Positions 10,049 to 19,540 of a DNA stretch of 64,000 nucleotides are shown piece by piece. The stretch is from NCBI GenBank assembly GCA_000993405.1, contig LBWB01000007.1, positions 8,383 to 72,382 on the forward strand. The letters are read 5' to 3'. The translations under genes and the position numbers were made by a program. Position 1 is the first letter of the stretch. Each line of letters begins with the position of its first letter. The notes beneath the pieces were generated by a model that worked only from the letters and a program-made list of their open reading frames with translations, was not told the DNA's origin and did not search any database. This DNA is from Candidatus Woesebacteria bacterium GW2011_GWB1_39_12. GTDB taxonomy: Bacteria; Patescibacteriota; Microgenomatia; UBA8517.

Positions 10049-11443
10049 ATGAATAATATAAAAATTTATTTCATCGCGTTACTTCCACTTTTATTGCTTC
10101 TCGCTTCGATTATCTTCCCCCAACCAGTATCAGCAGTGTTAGGTGTTGGGATAGGATCGTTTTATTTAGGAAGTTCAAATAAAACTGAGGGGTCTGGTCG
10201 CTGTGATGTTATGCACTTCAGGCCGGACGGGTGGCAATTATGGAATACTGTAACCACTCTTGGACCCTTGGAAACCAAGGGGTTTGGGAATATTCCTGAA
10301 CTGCCACTAAATCATTATAATAGCCAAATTGTTTGCACTAACGGGACAACCTCAATTATGGGTATTTGGCGAAATCCCACCCAAACTGCTATTGGAGCGT
10401 ACGGAGGTGATCAAGGAGCAATTAATGCCGCCTTTATTCCTGGATTGGTAAAAAATTATTATAATCAGACAAGTAGCGTTTTTGTTTCTGCAGAATTATG
10501 GGACTTGTCACTTCACATATCTTTTTACGATATAAACGGCACCAAAGTCGGTTCCACTTATTTTACAACCGTACCATTTTTAGGAATGGCAGAAATAGAT
10601 TTAAAGGATTACCCTTCTTTACCTGACGGGAGATATTCAGTTGGTATTGGAACGGATGGACTTGATCAATTATTCACAGCCACTGTAGTTACAAGGAATG
10701 TCAGCGGTCCCGATCGGGTAATCGCTTGGCGTGTAGATCCTCTGGGAGGATATAAACTTTACGCACCCAGTGTCAGAAAAAATTATTACGGATATAATTC
10801 CACGCTGGTAATAAATAATTGGACAGATAGCGCAGGATATGTAACTGTTTCTTTATTACCGGGTCCATATTTAGTAAGTTCAGGAAATTTAGCAGGTCAC
10901 GCTACACTTGCACTTAACAGTTCGAATTTTAATATACCGGATGGCGATTATACGGCTGTTGTCACTTCGTCGGGTGCAATGGTCGTTGGGATGAGCTCAA
11001 CTTTTCACTCTACGAATAATTCCCGTGGGGCATATGCTTTGGCATCCCCCACATTTACCTCAAAATACCGAGCATTACCAGCTTTATGGAATTATACCCC
11101 CAATAATGATCCCAGAATTTCATCAGTAAAATGCATGAATACTAGTCAAACCCAGGGAAAAATTAGGTTAACTATTCAGGGCGGGGCATATGCCGAATCA
11201 GGAGATTTGGGCGTTAACCAAGGGCAAGAGTTTGTATTACAGAATATCCCTCAATTTCCACTTCACACCATGTTTGCAGGCTTGGCCGAAAGTATGAGTG
11301 GTGGGACTATTGCTTGTGTAGCCACCTCCAACGTATCCGGCTCGAGTAATGATAGATTCTTCCAATATGAGAGCAATATCTCCAATAATGATAACAACCA
11401 GAATTACTCGTCAAAAATTCTGACTTTATACGACGACCAGTAG
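10049..11443 (+). CDS. Secreted beta-rich hypothetical protein with internal repeats
   Basis: Signal peptide; repeated motif FIPGLVKNYYNQTSS / YAPSVRKNYYGYNST; TTGACA at 10001. Confidence 0.75.
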   Translation: MNNIKIYFIALLPLLLLLASIIFPQPVSAVLGVGIGSFYLGSSNKTEGSGRCDVMHFRPDGWQLWNTVTTLGPLETKGFGNIPELPLNHYNSQIVCTNGTTSIMGIWRNPTQTAIGAYGGDQGAINAAFIPGLVKNYYNQTSSVFVSAELWDLSLHISFYDINGTKVGSTYFTTVPFLGMAEIDLKDYPSLPDGRYSVGIGTDGLDQLFTATVVTRNVSGPDRVIAWRVDPLGGYKLYAPSVRKNYYGYNSTLVINNWTDSAGYVTVSLLPGPYLVSSGNLAGHATLALNSSNFNIPDGDYTAVVTSSGAMVVGMSSTFHSTNNSRGAYALASPTFTSKYRALPALWNYTPNNDPRISSVKCMNTSQTQGKIRLTIQGGAYAESGDLGVNQGQEFVLQNIPQFPLHTMFAGLAESMSGGTIACVATSNVSGSSNDRFFQYESNISNNDNNQNYSSKILTLYDDQ

Positions 11444-11620
11444 ATCTTAGTTAAGCAAAATGACATCCTCCCCGCTTTAAAATAAGACTGGGTTGTCGTC
11501 ATGAAGAATGTTCGAACCTGGTCCACAGTCCGCAGCCATTCGACTCATTTCATTCACTCATGGCCTTCGGCCCTATAGATAATGTCGAGTGTCTCGAGCG
11601 TAGTCGAGAGAATTTTTCTG

Positions 11621-11908
11621 ATGGAATATTTTCTTTACATTCTCCGAACTTCATCTGACACTCTTTACATTGGCCAAACAAATAATTTAGAAAAACGTCT
11701 AAAAGAACACCAAAGTAAATCCAATAAATCTGCAAAATATATCCGCTATTTTAACTCATTTAATTTAGTTTATTCGGAAAAATACTCAACCAGAAAAGAA
11801 GCAATGCAAAGAGAATGGCAGTTGAAAAAGTGGTCTAGAGAAAAGAAAGAACTATTAATACATGGAACTATAGTCCCAAGCCAAGTCGAGGGGAAAAATA
11901 AGAGTTGA
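11621..11908 (+). CDS. Small GIY-YIG nuclease (UPF0213/YhbQ-like)
   Basis: YFLYIL...LYIGQTNNLEKRLKEH...EAMQREWQLKKWSR; the in-frame extension upstream is a palindromic repeat. Confidence 0.9.
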   Translation: MEYFLYILRTSSDTLYIGQTNNLEKRLKEHQSKSNKSAKYIRYFNSFNLVYSEKYSTRKEAMQREWQLKKWSREKKELLIHGTIVPSQVEGKNKS

Positions 11909-11965
11909 TTAATGGTGATAAGATGCATTAAGGAAATCGTAGGTCCCGACCAACCTGCTCAGCAT

Positions 11966-12316
11966 ATGAAATACACAATGCATTTACCCGAAAGACCATT
12001 TTATGCAATTAAAAATGGGACTTAACAAGTTGAGGGACGGGTGCCGAAGTCCAAAAGGAGCCGATATTTTAAAATCAAATCCGGGGACGCTATCGTTTTT
12101 TTATTAGTGACGGGAAAAGAAAAAGTTTATACAATTGTCCAGTTTGTGCATCATTATCCTGATTTTAGAACAATGCTTCAAAAAGAAGGTCCTAAAAAAG
12201 TTTTATCCAGCGGAGGGAATATTGAGCAAGGTGTGGCAAGCTATAATTCTTTATCAGGATATAAAGAATTGGTTAAAAAATACGGTGTTTTTGCATTCGG
12301 AATTAAAGCGACGTGA
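11966..12316 (+). pseudogene. ASCH-domain protein with in-frame TAA at 12023-12025
   Basis: MKYTMHLPERPFYAIKNGT*QVEGRVP matches the ASCH N-terminal IxxGxKxxExR motif with K replaced by a stop. Confidence 0.75.
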
Positions 12317-12400
12317 GTAACCCCAAAGGAATGTTCTAAACCCGCTTGCTCAGCCATACGATTTACCGCTCACTTTGTGCTACACTTTTAGTGATTTTCC

Positions 12401-12748
12401 ATGTTAATTTTGACAGTAATATTTGCACAATCAATCAATATACAGCCGGGTGGTCAATTCGGTGGTTTAAATAACATAACGATTGCAAACCTGATAAGCG
12501 CAGGAATTCAGATATTGCTGGTTGTAACCGCCATAATTCTTATTGTTATTCTTGTCGCGGGAGGTATAGCCGTAATGACCTCGGGTGGCGGCGATCCGCA
12601 AAAAAAGGCTGGTGGACAGAAAGCAGTAACAGGTGCGATTATAGGCTTAATGATTGTATTTGGTGCCTGGGCAATTATAAATTTGGTCAATCTTTTCTTT
12701 GGAATAAATATTTTGCAGCTGAATATTCCTAACGCTCAGGCTCCTTAA
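12401..12748 (+). CDS. CPR-type pilin (TrbC/VirB2-like)
   Basis: Two hydrophobic helices around TSGGGDPQK, followed by AIIGLMIVFGAWAIINLV. Confidence 0.75.
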   Translation: MLILTVIFAQSINIQPGGQFGGLNNITIANLISAGIQILLVVTAIILIVILVAGGIAVMTSGGGDPQKKAGGQKAVTGAIIGLMIVFGAWAIINLVNLFFGINILQLNIPNAQAP

Positions 12749-12762
12749 ACGATCGACATGCT

Positions 12763-13422
12763 TTATCCCAGCCAATTTTCTTTTAGCTTCAGAAGATATG
12801 CGAAGACCTTGTTTCTTCTGGCAAATTTTTTTATGTCTTCCCTCATATGAATTATTCCGGGAAGTACTGAGGCAAAAATTATTACGGCGATTATTGGTAG
12901 GAGATATTTGTCAACATCCGGAATTAAACGCCCAAGATAATATCCTGCAAGTGTCATTCCCGCTCCCCAGAAAAGACCTCCGAATACGTTGTAGCTTATG
13001 AATTTTTTATACTCCATATCTGCCATTCCGGCAACGATTGGGACGAAAGTGCGCACAGCCGGGACAAAACGGGCGAGAATCAATGCCTTTCCTCCGTATT
13101 TGTCATAGAATTTATGGGCGCGTTCAATATATTCTTTTTTGAAGAAAAAACTCTCGCGTCTTTCCATCAGCCATTTTGCGAACTTTCCTCCCATCCAGAA
13201 CCCTGTTGAATCTCCGACAATAGCACCGATGACAACCAGAGGTAATAGAATTTTAATATCAAGAATATTTTGAGACGCTAAAAACCCCGCAGTAAAAAGA
13301 AGTGAATCTCCCGGAAAGAAAAATCCGAAAAATAATCCGCTCTCGGCAAAGATCATAAAAAAGATCCCGGCGTAGCCGATTGTTTTAACAAGCTCGATAA
13401 GGTCAATTCCCAAAAATGACAT
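12763..13422 (-). CDS. dedA: DedA-family membrane protein
   Basis: FAESGLFFGFFFPGDSLLFTAG and ARFVPAVRTF. Confidence 0.92.
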   Translation of the reverse strand: MSFLGIDLIELVKTIGYAGIFFMIFAESGLFFGFFFPGDSLLFTAGFLASQNILDIKILLPLVVIGAIVGDSTGFWMGGKFAKWLMERRESFFFKKEYIERAHKFYDKYGGKALILARFVPAVRTFVPIVAGMADMEYKKFISYNVFGGLFWGAGMTLAGYYLGRLIPDVDKYLLPIIAVIIFASVLPGIIHMREDIKKFARRNKVFAYLLKLKENWLG

Positions 13423-13488
13423 ACAAACTATAATTGTAGGGAACCTTAAATCCTAATACAATGGCATTTGTTATATAATAATCCCAAC

Positions 13489-13641
13489 ATGTATCAATAT
13501 GTTAAAGGTTTCTCTTCATCCAAAATCGCGTCCCGGATAGCGGCAAGATCAAAAGTGCATTCATTTCTTGGTCGTTTAAAGTACAGAATTTTTCTCAAAA
13601 AAGTATATGGTAAGAAACAAGATGAAGGTACTATAACGTAA
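13489..13641 (+). CDS. Possible 50-aa basic small protein
   Basis: ATG just after a TATAAT; MYQYVKGFSSSKIASRIAARSKVHSFLGRLKYRIFLKKVYGKKQDEGTIT; no recognised motif. Confidence 0.3.
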   Translation: MYQYVKGFSSSKIASRIAARSKVHSFLGRLKYRIFLKKVYGKKQDEGTIT

Positions 13642-13655
13642 TGGTTCCTTATTAG

Positions 13656-14129
13656 CTAAGAGTATTTTTTCTTCTTTTCTTCCAATGCCTTTTCGATAAA
13701 GATAAGTTGGTCTTTGGGAAGAAGGGGAAGGGAATCGAAGGCAAAAAAGGCCGCTTTTGAAACTTCCTTCGAGGGAGTGAATTCTCCTCCTATAAATGTG
13801 CCGACGTAAGTTATATCAAGCCTTGCGCTATCCCTGTCCGTCCTTATCTTTAGTCTTTCATCAGCGCTTACTACTAAACCCGATTCTTCTTTAACCTCCC
13901 TCTCCAATCCTTCTTTGGGGTGTTCTTTGGCTTTAACATAGCCTCCGGGAAGACTCCAACTGTTTGTGTTTCTATAGGTATGTTTGAAAAGAAGTATTTC
14001 GTTACGATCATTCAAAAATATTCCCGTTGCCCCAACCAGGAATTGGTCATTTAGCCTTCGCATTATAAAAAGCTGAAGGTTATAGGGAAGTTTGAGGACT
14101 TTCCAGAAGCTTAGTAATAATCCTTGCAT
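13656..14129 (-). CDS. NUDIX hydrolase
   Basis: LPGGYVKAKEHPKEGLEREVKEESG Nudix box. Confidence 0.9.
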   Translation of the reverse strand: MQGLLLSFWKVLKLPYNLQLFIMRRLNDQFLVGATGIFLNDRNEILLFKHTYRNTNSWSLPGGYVKAKEHPKEGLEREVKEESGLVVSADERLKIRTDRDSARLDITYVGTFIGGEFTPSKEVSKAAFFAFDSLPLLPKDQLIFIEKALEEKKKKYS

Positions 14130-14473
14130 TATTGTATTGAGTCTTCATCAAAACCTCGGCCGTTTGTGGCATTTAGTTTAGTATTCTCTAGCTCAAGTTT
14201 GTGAACCATTTTGGTTAGTTCTGCATTTTCTGTCCTCAACTTTTTTAACCCCTTTTTCATATCAGACTCGGTTAGCCTTGCAGATAAATCGCGAGAGACA
14301 TAGATGATAAAAGAAGCTAATAGTCCGACGAGAAGGGGAGTAAGTACAACCAAATAAAGCGGTACGTCGGGAATATAAAATTGACCGAAGTTAAGAGTAA
14401 CGACGTTCGTGTTTTGTGTAGCAAAAATCGCAAATCCTAATCCGAGTATTACTGTAACGATTAGAGTTATCAT
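14129..14473 (-). CDS. LapA-family membrane protein
   Basis: FATQNT motif, two transmembrane segments, C-terminal coiled coil. Confidence 0.75.
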   Translation of the reverse strand: MITLIVTVILGLGFAIFATQNTNVVTLNFGQFYIPDVPLYLVVLTPLLVGLLASFIIYVSRDLSARLTESDMKKGLKKLRTENAELTKMVHKLELENTKLNATNGRGFDEDSIQ

Positions 14474-14518
14474 ATTTTAATAATAACATATGAAAAAAAT
14501 CGATGGAACTTTTTGCCA

Positions 14519-14546
14519 TTGACCCTCTTTACTTCTTTGGTATAAT
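14519..14546 (+). promoter_or_regulatory. Sigma70-type promoter upstream of 16S
   Basis: TTGACC-16 nt-TATAAT with extended TG; boxA-like GCTCTTTGACAA at 14746-14757. Confidence 0.7.
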
Positions 14547-15016
14547 ACGAATGCACATATGGAAAATGGATAGAAACAGATGGTCAATTTCTCGTGCAAC
14601 CCACCCATCTGGTGGGTTTTTTGATTCTCATCAGGTTGAAGAGCACTTTAACCCCGAATAAAACTTAGCTCGAGCCACGAATTACATTTGTGCTCTCGAG
14701 ATGCGTTTATACGGGGTCTGCAGAGCTCAAATGCCTTGAATTTTCGCTCTTTGACAATTGAAGATTAATTTAGGTTAATAAGCTAATAGCTTATTATTCA
14801 AAATATGGTTGGAAGCGAATCCCATTAATTGCGTAAGCTAATTAATTGGGAACTTTTTGAGGATTTGATCCTGGTCCAGGACGAACGCTAGCGACGTGCT
14901 TTAAGCATGCAAGTAGAGCGAGCCCGCAAGGGCAAGCTGCGAACGGCTGAGTAACACGTAGGAACCTACACTTTGGTGGGGTACAGCTCGCCGAAAGGCG
15001 GGGTAATACCGCATGA

Positions 15017-15204
15017 CCTCGTGCTTTGCACAAGGAAATTACGAATAACACAATAAATTCCAAATAACAAATTACAAACAATTATCAATTAATAAATAAC
15101 AAATAATTAACATTGTTTTTTTCATTGAAAATTGGAACTTGAATTTTGTTTGTATATTGGAATTTGTGATTTGTTACAAGTGATTTTCTCGCGCAGAGTG
15201 CGAG
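15017..15204 (+). other. Intervening sequence E1 in 16S (V2 region)
   Basis: Hairpin-GGAAATT-A-rich ~7-mers ... T-rich ~7-mers-GATTTTC-hairpin; rRNA sequence resumes on both sides. Confidence 0.85.
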
Positions 15205-15808
15205 AAAAGGATGTAACTGTCCGCCGAAGAAGGGGCCTGCGGCCTATCAGCTTGTTGGTGGGGTAACGGCCTACCAAGGCTACGACGGGTAGGGGGCGTG
15301 AGAGCGTGTTCCCCCAGAATGGGACTGAGACACGGCCCATACACCTACGGGTGGCAGCAACTGGGAATCGTGCGCAATGGACGAAAGTCTGACGCCGCGA
15401 CGTCGCGTGTGGGATGACGGCCTTCGGGTTGTAAACCACTTTTGCCAAAGAGTGATTACTTTGGAGAATAAGCACCGGCTAACTACGTGCCAGCAGCAGC
15501 GGTAATACGTAGGGTGCAAGCGTTGTCCGAATTTATTGGGCGTAAAGAGTTCGTAGGCGTTTCCTTACATCTTGTTTCAAATACCGGAGCTCAACTTCGG
15601 GAAGGGGCAAGAGATGGAGGAAATTGGAGAGTGCAGGGGCTACTGGAACTTGCGGTGTAGGAGTGAAATCCGTTGATATCGTAAGGAACACCGAGGGCGA
15701 AGGCAAGTAGCTGGGCACACCTTGACGCTGAGGAACGAAAGCTAGGGTAGCGAAAGGGATTAGAGACCCCTGTAGTCCTAGCCGTAAACGATGCTCGCTA
15801 GGGATTTG

Positions 15809-16012
15809 CCACGCAAAGGATATGTCCTTTGCGGGAATTTCTAAGCACAAATATCTAAATTCTAAGTAATATCCAATTTCCAATTTTCCAAATTCAAAAC
15901 AGACTAAAGTGTTATGTATTTGGAGTTTGGAATTCGAGATATTTGAATTTGTTTAGGATTTCGAATTTGGGATTTAGAGTTTCCACGCAAAAACGACACA
16001 TTTTTTGCGTGG
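15809..16012 (+). other. Intervening sequence E2 in 16S (V5 helix tip)
   Basis: Same architecture as E1, enclosed by GGGATTTG...TGAGTCCC. Confidence 0.85.
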
Positions 16013-16070
16013 TGAGTCCCGTAAGCTAACGCGTTAAGCGAGCCGCCTGGGGAGTACGAGCGCAAGCTTA

Positions 16071-16102
<32 letters not shown>

Positions 16103-16737
16103 CCAGTGGAGCATCGCAACCCCTGCCGTATGTTAAATTATTCATACGGGACTGGCCAGCTTAGCTGGCAGGAAGTGGGGACGATGTTAAGTCCGCATGG
16201 CCCTTATGTCTAGGGCAACACACATGCTACAATGGAGCCGACAATGGGTTGCCAAGTGGTAACACGGAGCTAATCCCATCAAACGGCTTCTCAGTTGGGA
16301 TTGAGGGCTGCAACTCGCCCTCATGAACGCGGAATTGGTAGTAATCGGAAATCAGCTAAGTTCCGGTGAATACGTTCTCGGGTCTTGTACACACCGCCGA
16401 AATTAAAACGCGCGTGGCAGTCATATTTTCTAACAAGTTAAAATCTTGTCTTTGTTGGATAACTTTAATTGTCTAATGGAGTAGCCAAAAAAATATATAA
16501 GCAGTCCTAGTCGGGTAACTGACTAGGGTGGAGGGCTTGAGGCAAAGAACAGGGATAGAATACAAAAAGATAGACGACTTCTGTTGGGCGGTCAGAAGGA
16601 AGTCGTTTTTACAAATCTTACTATTCATGTTTGGAACAGAAAGTATGATGACCCATGGAGATCCTTACAGGATTGAGGTAATTGCCTGTAAGGAAGTCAG
16701 CTTTTCCATAATAGGTAATTGAGCAAGTCTGACTTGC

Positions 16738-16766
16738 TTGACATTTTCGGGTTATATTTGTAATCT
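16738..16766 (+). promoter_or_regulatory. Intron-internal promoter for the homing endonuclease
   Basis: TTGACA-17 nt-TAATCT, about 30 nt before the ATG. Confidence 0.6.
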
Positions 16767-16797
16767 GAAATTACAATTACTGAAGGGAAAAACGTAA

Positions 16798-17244
16798 ATG
16801 TTATTAACTCCAGATTATATAGTTGGTCTTACTGAAGGGGAAGGATGTTTCTTAGTATGCTTGAGACGCGATAATCGGATTGAATTTCGATTTTTTATAG
16901 CTCAGGCAATAGGGAATAGACCTCTTCTTGAAGAAATTAAAAAGTTTTTCAAAGTTGGAAGTGTTTACCAAAAGTCTAATGTAAAGGGAAAGTTACCGGC
17001 ATATGTCTTTGAAATTTCGAAAAGAGATGACATATATAAAGTACTTATTCCATTTTTTCAAAAAAACAAATTGAAAGGCATTAAATCTAAGTCGTTTGCA
17101 GTTTTTGAAGAAATTGCAAAATTAGTTAAAGGTAGACAAGATAAACGTAAACTAACTTCTGAAGAACTGAACTACATAACCAACTTAAGATTTGGAATGA
17201 ATAAACATTACGGCTCGCTAAGTGCGGAAAAACCGCTCGCTTAG
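16798..17244 (+). CDS. Single-motif LAGLIDADG homing endonuclease
   Basis: YIVGLTEGEGCF motif; LIPFFQKNKL..K..F and MN C-terminal pattern; located inside the intron. Confidence 0.92.
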   Translation: MLLTPDYIVGLTEGEGCFLVCLRRDNRIEFRFFIAQAIGNRPLLEEIKKFFKVGSVYQKSNVKGKLPAYVFEISKRDDIYKVLIPFFQKNKLKGIKSKSFAVFEEIAKLVKGRQDKRKLTSEELNYITNLRFGMNKHYGSLSAEKPLA

Positions 17245-17550
17245 TGGGAACGCGCAATAGCCTTAATGAAGCGCAATCCGTCAAGTTAGTGAAGTTGGGG
17301 GCACCCGAATCCCGGATGTTCCGGGGCAAGGTGAAACCAGCGACAAGAATTAAGTCGTAACAAGGTATCCGTTCTGGAAGGAGCGGATGGATCACCTCCT
17401 TTCTAAGGAGTGTGAACTCCGATTAAATCGGAGATTACCCCTCAGTTTTCAGGTCGCAGTTTGCTGATAAACTAAACTGGACTCGCGCCTTCTGCGATAG
17501 TGGGCGTTTCCGACCATATTTTGGAGGCCAACCTAAATTATAAATGTCAT

Positions 17551-17581
17551 AAAAAAACCCACCGTTTAAGGTGGGTTTTTT
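17551..17581. terminator. Bidirectional intrinsic terminator after 16S
   Basis: AAAAAAACCCACC-GTTTAA-GGTGGGTTTTTT. Confidence 0.8.
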
Positions 17582-18078
17582 AGTGGTAGAAATTAATATC
17601 CGAAAGTGTGGGGGCAAACATCCCGACTTCGCTTCCCCGAATTTAACCTCGGGGCGGCAAAGTTGCTTTAGAGGATTTTTAGTTCACCCCCACGCTTCCG
17701 GATACAAAAATAAGTTATATCCTTTCTATATTTATTTTAGCATTTTTAAAGAACCGCCGAGTCAAACTCGGCTGGTGCGTTAGACGCTCCGCACTGTTAC
17801 GGATCGAAAGTATTTCAATCCGTAAGTTGTGCGGCGGATTTAAAAGATTATGGAAAAAAGATGAGTGGTTATTGTGTAGCAGAAGCTACAAAATAATTTG
17901 TTCAGGCGCTTGTGCCCAAACTTCCCATCCCCATATTCTTAATAAATCCTTTGTCCCGATAAAATCGGGACAGCCGCTGTCCCAAGTCAAGCTTGACGTA
18001 AGCCGAGTATGACTCGGGTTGTGCCCCTGAAGTCAGGTTCCTCCTAAGGTCCTTTGGACCTCAGGGGCACTATAAATA

Positions 18079-18336
18079 TTACAAACTTTTCTTCCTCGTG
18101 CTCATAAGAAAAAGAGCAATGAGGATAATAATGACTACGGGCACGCTTATAGATCGCCATGCGTTGGTAGTAAAAAATGGCAGCACATAAGCAGCCCACG
18201 ATTTCCAGCTAAGGAATGAAACTAAAATCCCTAGCCCAAGGAAAATACAAAAAATCTTGTACCCGACACTGTCGGGTTTCCGAACCGGTCTATCGTTCAT
18301 TGCCTTTACTCCTTTTGAAAAAGATTTTTTCCTCAT
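18079..18336 (-). CDS. Small two-TM hypothetical protein
   Basis: Two hydrophobic segments; SD-like AAAGGAG before the internal ATG of MNDRPV, which is the likely true start. Confidence 0.5.
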   Translation of the reverse strand: MRKKSFSKGVKAMNDRPVRKPDSVGYKIFCIFLGLGILVSFLSWKSWAAYVLPFFTTNAWRSISVPVVIIILIALFLMSTRKKSL

Positions 18337-18853
18337 ACGAGGAGAGAGGGGGGGAAAAGTTTTTTCTTCTCCCTCTTTTTCCTCGCAAGAGGCGAGAAAG
18401 GATTCCTAACACACAAATTTTTAATGTGCTAATTCCGCATTATTGACCCTCAAAATTAATTGAGAATCAAGTGGTGCGGGGGAGAAAGAAAAGATAGATA
18501 GTGGAAAGGGGGTTTTAGGTTGCAATAATAATTGCAAAATAAAATAATGATTTGAACGCAACGTTCAAATCCCCAATTCCTTTTCTTTTCGATCTCCCTG
18601 ATCCGTATTATTGTGTGGCAATCCGCCAGCAAGATGCTTTCGCAATCTCGAGGGCAATTTTGCCTCACTCAACGGATATTTCCGCATTTTCAGGTACCAG
18701 TCGGTACCTGATTTTATTCTTTGTTTTTCTCATCCGAAGATGAGTCTCCCACCAAGCTAAGCTTGGTAAACAAAGAGGGGAGAAGGGGGCGGTACCCTTC
18801 CGAGCTGCGTTTCCAACGCAATTCGGGGTGCTGACCGCCCCATAAGGCTCTAT

Positions 18854-19540
18854 TTATTTGACACGAACAACAATGTTCGCGTCATTTCCTGTTGAGCCAT
18901 CAGGCCCGTGGCCATAGATCGTGTAGGTACCGGGTTCAAGGACGAACCCAAGATATAGCCACCCGATGTGGTGGTTGTCCTTGTTGACCCATACCGCTGG
19001 GGGTTCGAGGGGGATGCAATGCATCCCTTTGGTGCAGATTCGCACCTTCTCGAGGGTCCCAAGCCACGTGATCGTGAGCCCGCCACTACCGCTCGGGTAG
19101 TACGTTGCCCGCTTGGGGGCAACGATTTTTGTGACGTCCTTGTCGGACTTCACATAGACGGGGGGGACGGGGGTGCCGGTCGGAACAGGGGTCGGGTTGG
19201 GGACGGGAGTTGGATCAGGGCAATCAGGGCGCTGAATTTTCAGCTGATCTTTTTCGACGTGAGTCGGATTCGACCATTTAGCCGTCGCATTGACGACTGC
19301 CTGTTTCTGGCCGCCCTGCCAGCTTCCCGACTGGTGATTCCAGTGTATTGAAGCCCCAGAAGGGCTTAACTTGGAAACCCAGGAATCCCAGCCTTGGCAG
19401 TTTGCGTTGCCATCGATCTGAAAAATGTAACCCCCGCCCTTGGCGGACGCTGAATCCGACATAGTGCCGGCCAGCATAACGGTCAGGATTAGAGTGGCGA
19501 CCAGCCACTTTTTAATACGGTTGGCGTTCATTATGAACAC
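18854..19540 (-). CDS. Secreted hypothetical protein with Pro/Thr linker, visibly GC-rich
   Basis: Signal peptide ending ASA, PDPTPVPNPTPVPTGTPVPP linker, strong AGGAGG SD. Confidence 0.75.
   Translation of the reverse strand: MFIMNANRIKKWLVATLILTVMLAGTMSDSASAKGGGYIFQIDGNANCQGWDSWVSKLSPSGASIHWNHQSGSWQGGQKQAVVNATAKWSNPTHVEKDQLKIQRPDCPDPTPVPNPTPVPTGTPVPPVYVKSDKDVTKIVAPKRATYYPSGSGGLTITWLGTLEKVRICTKGMHCIPLEPPAVWVNKDNHHIGWLYLGFVLEPGTYTIYGHGPDGSTGNDANIVVRVK

Larger units (their letters stand above)
16398..17277 (+). mobile_element. 880-nt 16S intron, group II-like, encoding a LAGLIDADG nuclease
   Basis: Removal restores TGTACACACCGC|CCGTCAAG (boundary can shift by 1 nt); domain V-like hairpin at 17214-17248. 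Confidence 0.85.

Noticed and set aside
16398-17277. 16S intron as a standard group I intron
   Set aside because: No U at the 5' exon end, no terminal G, and no recognisable P3/P4/P7 core, unlike the 23S intron
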